Positions 56,817-64,000 of a DNA stretch of 64,000 bases are shown piece after piece. Position 1 is the stretch's first letter. The number at the start of each line of letters is the position of its first letter. Origin of the DNA: Verrucomicrobiia bacterium (lineage in GTDB: Bacteria; Verrucomicrobiota; Verrucomicrobiia; Limisphaerales; Pedosphaeraceae); contig DATAUW010000002.1 of NCBI GenBank assembly GCA_036268055.1, forward strand, positions 28,124-92,123, given 5' to 3'. Both the position numbers and the translations under genes were made by a program. Under the pieces are notes generated by a model. The model searched no databases and was not told the DNA's origin. It was given only the letters and a program-made list of their open reading frames with translations.

Positions 56817-57497
56817 ATGACTGACATCTCAACGGTTGAACCGGTGCAAAAAAAGAAGCGCGGCTGTTTTTTCTACGGGTGCATCACTTGTATCATTTTG
56901 GCGGTGCTGGTGGCGATCGGCGTTGGGGTGGCGACCCATTACGCCTACAAGTTTATGAGCGAGATGGTGTCCGATTATACGGACACGAGCCCGATAGCGC
57001 TGCCGAGTTCGGGAATTTCGGCGGACGATCTGAAAAAATTAAATGAGCGGATGGCGGCGTTCGACGCGGCGGTGGATGCGCACACGAATGTGCCGCCGCT
57101 AGTGTTGACGGGGCCGGAGTTGACGGCGTTGATCAATGATTGCGAGCCGGTGAAGGCGGTGGGCGGGAAAGTTTATCTGACGCTCGACGGCGACCAGATC
57201 AAGGGGCAGATGAGTTTGCCGCTCGATAACATCCAGGCGTTGCAGATGTTGAACGCGAAGGGGCGTTATTTCAATGGCAGTGGGACGTTCAAGGCGTCGG
57301 TCTCGAATGGGAATTTGTCGGTGTCCATTATTTCGCTGGAGGTCAAGGGGAAGCCGTTGCCGCCAAAATATGTCGCGGCGTTCCAGACGAGCATGTCGCA
57401 GCAGTTCAATGGCCAGCCGAACAAGCCGGCGTTTGATAGTTACGAGAGCATTCAGGTGAAGGATGGAACGCTGGTGGTGACGCCGAAGAAGAATTAA
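56817..57497 (+). CDS. Hypothetical membrane-anchored exported protein
   Basis: 226 aa with a single N-terminal TM (CFFYGCITCIILAVLVAIGVGV). No recognised domain. Confidence 0.4.
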   Translation: MTDISTVEPVQKKKRGCFFYGCITCIILAVLVAIGVGVATHYAYKFMSEMVSDYTDTSPIALPSSGISADDLKKLNERMAAFDAAVDAHTNVPPLVLTGPELTALINDCEPVKAVGGKVYLTLDGDQIKGQMSLPLDNIQALQMLNAKGRYFNGSGTFKASVSNGNLSVSIISLEVKGKPLPPKYVAAFQTSMSQQFNGQPNKPAFDSYESIQVKDGTLVVTPKKN

Positions 57498-57532
57498 CGA
57501 TGTGTGTGCCAGCTTACGTTTTTCGTAAAAAT

Positions 57533-57565
57533 AAAAAACCAGCCGGGGAGCCGGCTGGTTTTGAT
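57533..57565. terminator. Bidirectional rho-independent terminator
   Basis: aaaaccagccgg / gga / gccggctggtttt. Confidence 0.6.
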
Positions 57566-57587
57566 TTAAATATTTTTTGCGGCGTTT

Positions 57588-58004
57588 TTAATGGTGGCAA
57601 CCGCAGCCGGAACCGCAACCGCCGCCGGATTCGAGATCGCTTTCTTCGGGGACGCGGCCAAGTTCAAAGGTTTTGCTGACGTATTGGGAAACGGTTTGTT
57701 GAACTTTCTGCATGCCTTCCTGGGCGTCGAGGAAACCGCGGGCGATGGGGTTTTTCAGAAAAGCGTCGCGGAGGCGGTCGAAATCTTCGACTTCGGCATC
57801 GGTGAGTTGGGCGCCGGAGTGTTGCTTTTGCTGGAGCGCTTGGCCTTTCATCATGAGGGCGTCGTATTGGCCGCGAACGGCGTCGTCAGCGGAGAAGGCA
57901 TCGAGCTTCTGCCGCATGGCGCGAACCTCGGGTTCGTCCAGGATGGCCTGGCAGAGTTCGCGGGTTTTGGAGATGAGAGCGGAGGCTTCGATTTGAGTTT
58001 CCAT
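57588..58004 (-). CDS. YlbF/YmcA-family protein (RicA/RicF-like) with a C-terminal Cys cluster
   Basis: 138-aa helical protein with YlbF/YmcA-like length and pattern. The terminal GGGCGSGCGCHH suggests a metal or Fe-S ligand site. Confidence 0.5.
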   Translation of the reverse strand: METQIEASALISKTRELCQAILDEPEVRAMRQKLDAFSADDAVRGQYDALMMKGQALQQKQHSGAQLTDAEVEDFDRLRDAFLKNPIARGFLDAQEGMQKVQQTVSQYVSKTFELGRVPEESDLESGGGCGSGCGCHH

Positions 58005-58086
58005 AATTTAAATTGTTACCAGGTTTTGGACTTTGTCACTGGGTTTAATACACCACAGGCGGGTCATAAATGCAAATGGCAATGTG

Positions 58087-58122
58087 GCGGGGAAGTTTCA
58101 AGTTTGAAGTTTCAAGTTTTCA
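58087..58122. repeat. Heptamer array (minus-strand reading: tgaaaac ttgaaac ttcaaac ttgaaac), upstream of sixA
   Basis: Direct reading. Related to the 6088-6120 array. Confidence 0.45.
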
Positions 58123-58286
58123 GTTGGGACGGCGGAGCGGCAGTTCCGCCCTACCGCGCGGTGGATTTCCGAATGCGGTGGTAAAGATCGAGAGTTGATA
58201 GGTGCGGAAATGAGTTGAGGCAGGTTGCGTGTGGGATTGACTTCTGTTGCGTGGAGACGGAATGATTGCGGGAACACAATTCACCC

Positions 58287-58793
58287 ATGGAACTTTATCT
58301 CTTGCGACACGGCATTGCGGAAGATCGAAACCCGGAGGCGCCGAATGACGACAGTCTGCGGCGTTTGACGGCCGAGGGGCGGACGAAGATGCGCCGCGCC
58401 ACGGGGGGAATGAAGTCACTGGAATTGGAATTTGACTTGATCCTGGCGAGTCCCTACCTGCGCACGAAAGAGACGGCGAAGATCGTGGCGGAAGGGCTGG
58501 GGTGCGAGGAGTTGATGGAGGTGTCGGGGGCGCTGGCATCCGAAGGGGGCAATCCCCGGGTGTTGATTGAGGAATTGAAGCGTGACTACGGCGAGTGTGA
58601 GAGCCTTTTGGTGGTGGGGCACGAGCCTTATTTGAGCCGGTTGATCGGGCGGCTGATTTCGGGGGATGACCGGTCGCTGGTGACGATGAAAAAGGGGGCG
58701 TTGTGCAAATTGGCAGTGGGCGACTTGTCCTATGGACGTTGCGCCTGCCTGGAATGGCTGCTGACGTCATCACAGTTGCGCCAAGCAGGTTGA
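58287..58793 (+). CDS. sixA: Phosphohistidine phosphatase SixA
   Basis: MELYLLRHGIAE... is the histidine-phosphatase RHG motif. About 165 aa. Confidence 0.8.
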   Translation: MELYLLRHGIAEDRNPEAPNDDSLRRLTAEGRTKMRRATGGMKSLELEFDLILASPYLRTKETAKIVAEGLGCEELMEVSGALASEGGNPRVLIEELKRDYGECESLLVVGHEPYLSRLIGRLISGDDRSLVTMKKGALCKLAVGDLSYGRCACLEWLLTSSQLRQAG

Positions 58794-58994
58794 AATGGGG
58801 AGTGTCAAGGGTCGGCGGGAGGGGGCTTGCGTGAGAATTTTTTCTGTCTTGAATCAAGACAGGTGGTAGAAAATCTTTCAAAAACCACAATCTGTAGTGG
58901 TATCTGCTTCAATGACCCTGCCTATGGGAGTTGACGAAGGGCGTTTCTATGCTAGAATTTGGACGCTTTAATTCATTCTAACGAGGTTTACCCC

Positions 58995-59516
58995 ATGTCG
59001 AAACTTACACACATAAATCCATTGTTCATGGCGCGCGCGGCTTTTACCGGCTGCCTCGTCATGGCCGGCGGCCTATGTTTTCCTGGAACCGCCGGAGCCA
59101 TCACACCTGGACCAACCACTGCCGTTGTCAAATCGGTGGATGATCCGGCGTCACTTGATGCGAAACGGCTATATGCCCTGGGGATGATCGAAACGGGGAA
59201 TGATGACCGCGCGGTGGGCGCGGCGGGCGAAGTGAGCCGTTATCAATTAAGTCCCCCGGTTTGGAAGAGCTATTCCAAATCGGTGGAGTATCAAAATCCC
59301 GGGATCGCACTGCAAGTGGCGCGATTGCACTGGGCGTATCTGGCGGCGTATTTCAAGGAGAAGAACGGCCACATGCCGGACGACTACGACATGTATGTCA
59401 TGTGGAACACGCGGTTCGGGTATTACGCGCACAAGGGTTTTTCCAAGCGCACGATTTCTCCGGTCGTGCAGGACCGCGCACAACGCTTTGTCAATTTGGT
59501 TCGCCGGAAAGATTGA
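58995..59516 (+). CDS. Secreted lysozyme-like / lytic transglycosylase-like protein
   Basis: Signal peptide. The segment IETGNDDRAVGAAGEVSRYQL loosely matches the GH23 E..S...AGA.G..Q block. Weak call. Confidence 0.35.
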   Translation: MSKLTHINPLFMARAAFTGCLVMAGGLCFPGTAGAITPGPTTAVVKSVDDPASLDAKRLYALGMIETGNDDRAVGAAGEVSRYQLSPPVWKSYSKSVEYQNPGIALQVARLHWAYLAAYFKEKNGHMPDDYDMYVMWNTRFGYYAHKGFSKRTISPVVQDRAQRFVNLVRRKD

Positions 59517-59549
59517 TGTCAGCGGTCGTTCAGCGTATGAATTGACCGC

Positions 59550-60035
59550 ATGAACAAAATCATCGCCGCCTGGCTGATTGGTCTCGCACTGATTTTGCCA
59601 CAGTTCGGCGCGCGGTCGGAGGAGGCATCGCCGGGCGATGAAATCATCGGCGTGTGGCACACGACGGGTGATCGCGGCGATGTAAAAATCTTCAAGCGAG
59701 ATGGCCGTTACTTCGGAGAGGTGTTAAACATCGCCGAGCCGAATTGGCCGGCGAATGACAAGCACGGCATGGGCGGCAAGCCCAAGAACGACCGCTATAA
59801 TCCCAATCCAAAACTACGCGATCGTCCGGTGATCGGGATCGAACTGATGACGGAGTTTGTCTATGCGCGAAAAAATCTGTGGGACGAGGGCAAAATCTAT
59901 GATCCCGAAACGGGCAAGACTTATAAGTGCAAAATGATTTTGAAATCGCCGAACAAGCTTGAAGTGCATGGATATATCGGGATTTCACTGTTTGGCCGGA
60001 CGGTGACTTGGACGCGGGCGGAGGAGACGAAGTAA
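59550..60035 (+). CDS. DUF2147-domain secreted protein
   Basis: Signal peptide. GVWHTTGDRG...KIYDPETGKTYKCKMIL...GRTVTWTR matches the DUF2147 pattern. Confidence 0.7.
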   Translation: MNKIIAAWLIGLALILPQFGARSEEASPGDEIIGVWHTTGDRGDVKIFKRDGRYFGEVLNIAEPNWPANDKHGMGGKPKNDRYNPNPKLRDRPVIGIELMTEFVYARKNLWDEGKIYDPETGKTYKCKMILKSPNKLEVHGYIGISLFGRTVTWTRAEETK

Positions 60036-60269
60036 GTTGCCGTATGAAAGCGAAAACTGAAAAGCGAAAAACTACTGACGCCATTGAGATTGTTGACCGG
60101 ATGGCAGGGGACAGTCCCGAACTAGCCAATTCGACGAACGGGCACAGAGAGGAAAACGAGATTAGGGATTGTTGGAATATGGATTGGGTGAAATTTTTGT
60201 TGGTTCGGTTTTGTTCCAAGGAACGGGCCCGCCTCGCTTTGCTCGGGATAGATTTTTTAAGGAGCGGCA

Positions 60270-60445
60270 TTTCCCCCGGCTGAAGCCGGGGGTTAATGAG
60301 AAGCGATTGGTTTTTGCGGGCGATGGAAGAGTGGCGGCGGAATTTCTTTCGTCCCTGCGGGACTTAATTTATGACGGATGGGAACCCAGCAATAAATTGC
60401 TGGGCTAAGTTCTGTCGTCCCTGAGGGGACTTTGGACGGCCGAGC
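60270..60445 (+). repeat. Structured ~180-nt repeat element, copy 2 (candidate ncRNA or MITE)
   Basis: Paralogue of 50597-50775. The 5' hairpin ccccggc-tgaa-gccgggg retains pairing through 3 compensatory changes relative to copy 1. Confidence 0.55.
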
Positions 60446-60748
60446 GGCGGTTCCGCACTGGCATGCCATGACATTTTCCGGCGTCCTTTCAGGACGCGAG
60501 AGAAAAGGGGATTGGCGTTCCGGGGGTGTTCGTCGCGCTGCGCGCTTCTCGACCGCCCGGCTAATTTTCGTCAACCCTCCGGGTTGAAAAAATCGGAAAT
60601 GCGATCAGTAAAAGCCGCCGCCGCAATATGACGCACGATCTGGCGGCAGATGCGCTTGCACCACAAATTTTATGTCAGCGCCAAATGATATTCATGACCG
60701 CAGATGCAGTTCAAAGTTGGGTTGAGATTGGAACGGCCAAAGCACCCA

Positions 60749-61528
60749 TTATTTTTTTAATTGCGAAGAAAGAATGCAGAGATGAGTTCCGTCTTTAATG
60801 TCTTTATCGGTTCCTCCTAGTAGAACAAGGGCGCCGCCTTTTGGCACTATTGCCCGGCAAGCAGCGTCAAATTTCAGTTCCGGAGCAGGGGCGGTGTTGG
60901 ACGGTGGCAGGCTCCAGCCGCTAATATAGACTTCCGTGAGAAGGTTAATGTCCTTGCCCGAGACTCGGGGACAAATACTAATAATTGGTCCTATAGACAC
61001 GGGCTTACCCCCAAAATTAGAAGTGGTCACCGATTGAATTTGAGCTGAGCTTCCAGCGGCAGTGATAATTTCGAGATGCTCCATTCCGTCCACATGGTCC
61101 GTACGCTCAACGCGATCTATCAAAGTCTTCGCTTGAGCAGATGAAAGAATCCAGGCACGAGTGCCATTGGCATTGGTTGTGATCGCTGCACCCAAATCCA
61201 ATAGTTCAATCGGAGACGAGAGCGTGAACAACGATGCTTTCACGGATATGCCGGGTTGTTTGGGGGTGAAACGCGACCAAAGCCGCAATATCCATAGGGG
61301 AAGCTTTCCTTCGATCCTTCTCCACCCTCCATCGTAAGCTTGATGAAACTCCGGTCCGGTAAGCCAGACAATTTGTTGCGCCGGCCTTTTGCGGACGGTA
61401 AAAAACGAAATGGAGATTGTGGCGATGATGATGACAACAAAGGCGAATCGCGCGGCGCGAAATCGGGACCGTTTTTGCGGTTTGGTCACGGCAGTGGTTT
61501 CCACCGGTAAAAGGGTTTCGTGGTTCAT
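60749..61528 (-). CDS. Hypothetical membrane-anchored protein
   Basis: 259 aa with a single TM near the N-terminus. No recognised domain. Confidence 0.4.
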   Translation of the reverse strand: MNHETLLPVETTAVTKPQKRSRFRAARFAFVVIIIATISISFFTVRKRPAQQIVWLTGPEFHQAYDGGWRRIEGKLPLWILRLWSRFTPKQPGISVKASLFTLSSPIELLDLGAAITTNANGTRAWILSSAQAKTLIDRVERTDHVDGMEHLEIITAAGSSAQIQSVTTSNFGGKPVSIGPIISICPRVSGKDINLLTEVYISGWSLPPSNTAPAPELKFDAACRAIVPKGGALVLLGGTDKDIKDGTHLCILSSQLKK

Positions 61529-61551
61529 CGCTGGTTCGAAGATTGATCGAA

Positions 61552-62229
61552 TTAATTGATTCCAGTTTTGGCGGCAGCGATGGGGTCGATTTTCATTAGG
61601 GCGTTAGTCATTTCTCTGCGAACGGTTGGATTGGTTTCAGCCAAATTTATGAGGAGAATCGGCACGACTTCGCTTGCCTTGGGGCCAAAAGAGCCAACGA
61701 CTACGGCGGCGTGATAACGCACCCATTGGTTGGTATCGGTCAAAGCCTTTGCCAACGCTGGAATAACGCCCGGCCCCATGTATTGGAAAGTGTCCAGACA
61801 AAATGGATTTTCTACGGACAGTCGCATGAGTTCCGGTGCGGCAGATTCTCCAGCCGGTCCCAAAACCCAAAAAGCCTGAACCGCTCGGTGGCTGCGGTCA
61901 TTAAAGGTTACGAACCTGAACCGATTCTGATTGATATACATTTTGCCGAGAAGATCGTTGCCCAAATTCGCCATCCCTTCCCGCAGCCGATGACGGGGCC
62001 GGTCAAGATCCGATAGCAGTCGGGGCAAAATGTTTGTGCCCAGTTCCCTGATTGCGATGGTGGCGTTGCTGCGCACAAGCGGCGGCTGGCCATAATCCAT
62101 TCCGGCCAGCCATTCACTCAATGGCTTTCCTTTATAAATTTTTTCATTCGATCGCTCTATTAGCCAGGCCACGCCGCTGAACAAAACAAGCGCCGCTATA
62201 GCCAAAATTATAAGACGGTGTTTTCCCAT
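61552..62229 (-). CDS. HEAT-repeat (PBS-lyase-like) protein with an N-terminal anchor
   Basis: Repeated A..AL..IG/..A...L..LL.D.N..VR blocks (DTNQWVRYHAAVVVGSFGPKA, ETNPTVRREMTNAL). Confidence 0.55.
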   Translation of the reverse strand: MGKHRLIILAIAALVLFSGVAWLIERSNEKIYKGKPLSEWLAGMDYGQPPLVRSNATIAIRELGTNILPRLLSDLDRPRHRLREGMANLGNDLLGKMYINQNRFRFVTFNDRSHRAVQAFWVLGPAGESAAPELMRLSVENPFCLDTFQYMGPGVIPALAKALTDTNQWVRYHAAVVVGSFGPKASEVVPILLINLAETNPTVRREMTNALMKIDPIAAAKTGIN

Positions 62230-62268
62230 AAACTCAGACTTAGGATCATGATTATGGGTGTCTGATTA

Positions 62269-63648
62269 TTATTGCGCCGTCTTGAGAATCGAAGATTTTG
62301 GGAGGGAGCTTTGGAGGAGGGATTCGGCTTGGTCGGCGCAGGCGTGCGAGCTATCGGCTAATCCGGCGGCGGCTCCGCTGACGAAGGCGGTGGCGGTGGA
62401 GGTTCCTTCTACGAGGTAGCTTTGGCCGTCGTAGGGGACGACGTTGTCGCCGGGGGCGGTCATGTCTATGAAGCTGCCGCGATTGGCATACGAGGCGATG
62501 TTTCCGCTGCTGTCGGTGGCGGTCACGGAGATGACTTCGGGATAGGCCGCGGGATAGGTCGGGGTGGTGACGGGGTCGTTGCCGGCCGCGGCGTAGATGG
62601 GGATGCCTTGTTGCGAAACCTGGATGATGGTGTTGTGCAAAACCTGGCTGTCGCCCGTGCCGCCGAGGCTGAGGTTGATAATGTTCGCGCCGTTGTTCAC
62701 GGCTTGCACGATGCCGCTGGCGACGTCGAAGGTGGTGGTGGATTCACTGTTGCCATAGACATCCACGGGCAAGATTTGCACGGAAGTGCTGCCGCCGGTC
62801 TTGGCTTGCAGCGCGTCGAGAATGGTTTCAGCCATCGCCGTGCCGTGGGTGAGCGCGGTGGAGGCGGAAACATCTCCGGCGACGTGGATGGCCGGTTTCA
62901 GGAAGCTGTTGAGGTTGCCGGAAAGGGATTGCACCGGCGTATCAATCAAGCCGACGACCAACTGGCAATTATCTTCGCTGGAACGCGGTTTGAGTTGCAG
63001 GTCGGGACTGGAACTGTCGGAGGCCACAGCGGTTGGGGGCGCGTCCACCGGGAAATTCACATCCACGCTGGCGACGTCGGGATTGTTGGCGAGTTCTGTG
63101 CGCGCGAGTTGCGTGGCGGCATCGTCCTGGAACTGGAGGAGATATTCATTTTGGCCATCAATGCGCCCGATGATTTTCGCGTTGAGCGCGCGCGCGAGGT
63201 CTTCAATCTTGGTTTTAGAATGTGACTTGAGCGTGACCACGAGTTCGTTGGGAATCGGCTCGGCGGGTTTGTGCGCGGCAATGAGCGTAGTGGCCTGCTG
63301 GCGCGAGGTGCGGAACACATACAAGCGCGAAGGGCCGTGCGCCTCGGGAACCAGCGCGAAATTCAAACTGCCGAGCAGCGAACGAAGCGCATCGCCGCTG
63401 TTGAGGTTCTTGAATTTGGCGGAAACTTTGTGGACGGCATTGGGATCGAGATAAACGCGCCAGCCGGTCTCCGCGGCGATGCGTGTCAGCAGTTGGCGGA
63501 CGTCCCAGGAGCTGACATCGGCATCCACTTTATTGCTGTCCTTGTGCCATGCCAGCGAATTGGCCGGGGCGGGAGCGGCGGGCGCGCTTGCGCAACTTGC
63601 GAAACACACAAACAGCCAAACCAGCCAGCAACGCCAGATCATTTTCAT
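62269..63648 (-). CDS. Subtilisin-family serine peptidase (S8) with a long N-terminal pro-region
   Basis: Catalytic triad contexts VVGLIDT, HGTAMAE, GTSTATAFVSG. Oxyanion NLSLGG. Signal peptide MKMIWRCWLVWLFVCFA. The start at 63648 is preferred. Confidence 0.85.
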   Translation of the reverse strand: MKMIWRCWLVWLFVCFASCASAPAAPAPANSLAWHKDSNKVDADVSSWDVRQLLTRIAAETGWRVYLDPNAVHKVSAKFKNLNSGDALRSLLGSLNFALVPEAHGPSRLYVFRTSRQQATTLIAAHKPAEPIPNELVVTLKSHSKTKIEDLARALNAKIIGRIDGQNEYLLQFQDDAATQLARTELANNPDVASVDVNFPVDAPPTAVASDSSSPDLQLKPRSSEDNCQLVVGLIDTPVQSLSGNLNSFLKPAIHVAGDVSASTALTHGTAMAETILDALQAKTGGSTSVQILPVDVYGNSESTTTFDVASGIVQAVNNGANIINLSLGGTGDSQVLHNTIIQVSQQGIPIYAAAGNDPVTTPTYPAAYPEVISVTATDSSGNIASYANRGSFIDMTAPGDNVVPYDGQSYLVEGTSTATAFVSGAAAGLADSSHACADQAESLLQSSLPKSSILKTAQ

Positions 63649-63667
63649 CGTCCTGCCCAAAGCATAT

Positions 63668-64000
63668 CTAGGGTGTAACACTGATGCGATAGAATTGTTG
63701 CGCGGGAGATGCGTCGGTTGCCGTCCATTGCGCGGCGGAACTGGCGGGCACGAACATGGCGCGAGTTTGAAAGGGGGTCGTGTCCAGATTCGTAGTGCTT
63801 TGGATAAAATAACTGCGACCGGCAGTCGCAGGCCAAAACAGCGTCAGCGGCGACGGGTTGAACGTGAGCGTGAACGGATAATCCACACCGATGAGATTTG
63901 CGCCATTGTTCGCCACGCTGATGAAACGCACATTCTGAGTTTGGGTGCGATACTGATGCCCGGTGTTGTCGGTCACAATGGCGTAAAATGGATGCAAGCC
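63668..64000 (-). CDS. Hypothetical protein, C-terminal fragment. The gene continues beyond the right window edge.
   Basis: The open frame continues through position 64000. The C-terminus ...QFYRISVTP lies immediately upstream of, and co-oriented with, the subtilase gene. Confidence 0.35.
   Translation of the reverse strand, partial: GLHPFYAIVTDNTGHQYRTQTQNVRFISVANNGANLIGVDYPFTLTFNPSPLTLFWPATAGRSYFIQSTTNLDTTPFQTRAMFVPASSAAQWTATDASPAQQFYRISVTP

Noticed and set aside
1-64000. Search by eye for tRNA, rRNA, tmRNA, SRP RNA and RNase P RNA
   Set aside because: No cloverleaf-compatible GTTCGA/T-loop contexts or other hallmark strings were found in the intergenic regions. Absence cannot be proven without tRNAscan/Infernal.

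Overview
This 64 kb window is a high-GC chromosomal segment encoding about 60 protein-coding genes, mostly housekeeping. The gene content (abundant GspG-like pseudopilin, a GldG/DUF4340 ABC cluster, a GT39-type glycosyltransferase, DUF2147, and unremarkable Shine-Dalgarno usage) suggests a Planctomycetes-Verrucomicrobia-type bacterium; this is a low-confidence guess. I found no rRNA, tRNA, CRISPR array, transposase or integrase by eye.

Recognisable genes include gltX, purEK, pgsA, two peroxiredoxins, acnA, rsmB-like, rsmI, an RRM/Gly-rich RNA-binding protein, a glcD-like FAD oxidase, mlaEFD, an mcsA-mcsB-clpC module, ilvE, frr, ftsB, a MurK-MurQ fusion, mnmE, hisG, a gldA/F/G-like ABC system with DUF4340, trxB, a hexose-6-phosphate mutarotase, an NfeD-flotillin pair, sixA and a subtilase. 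At the left end there is a three-gene amidoligase module: a circularly permuted (CP) ATP-grasp protein, an alpha-E domain protein and a transglutaminase-like protein that is truncated by the window edge.

The observations most worth a second look are:
- (i) A 453-aa, extremely hydrophilic, low-complexity protein (4527-5888). It has a Lys/Ser/Ala-rich basic N-terminus and a Q/N/S/R/G/D/E-rich body punctuated by about 9 regularly spaced Trp/Tyr motifs (xDWDD...Y...). It resembles a hydrophilin or a prion-like, FUS-like domain, and it has its own terminator.
- (ii) A ~180-nt structured repeat present twice, at 50597-50775 and 60270-60445, both in convergent intergenic spacers. Its 5' hairpin shows three compensatory base-pair changes between the copies (ccctaac-UGAA-gttaggg versus ccccggc-UGAA-gccgggg), which makes it a candidate small RNA family.
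- (iii) A 54-aa stand-alone paralogue of the first zinc-ribbon of McsA, sitting directly upstream of mcsA and translationally coupled to it, in an operon that has no ctsR.
- (iv) A 33-aa Arg/Lys-rich ORF (40363-40464) that resembles the mycobacterial ribosomal protein bS22 (AURKAIP1/COX24 family). It falls below the 60-aa cut-off of the ORF track.
- (v) A MITE-like element at 53091-53204 with 20-nt terminal inverted repeats (TIRs), a degenerate relative inserted between the alpha-E and transglutaminase genes, and two further small dispersed repeat families, one of which flanks pgsA as a direct repeat.
- (vi) Recurrent arrays of TGAAAAC/TTGAAAC heptamers in several promoter-proximal intergenic regions.

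The provided ORF track omits ORFs truncated by the window edges and anything under 60 aa, so the left-edge transglutaminase, the bS22-like ORF and the mini-McsA are not listed there. Many long antisense frames in the track are shadow ORFs and are listed under rejected items.
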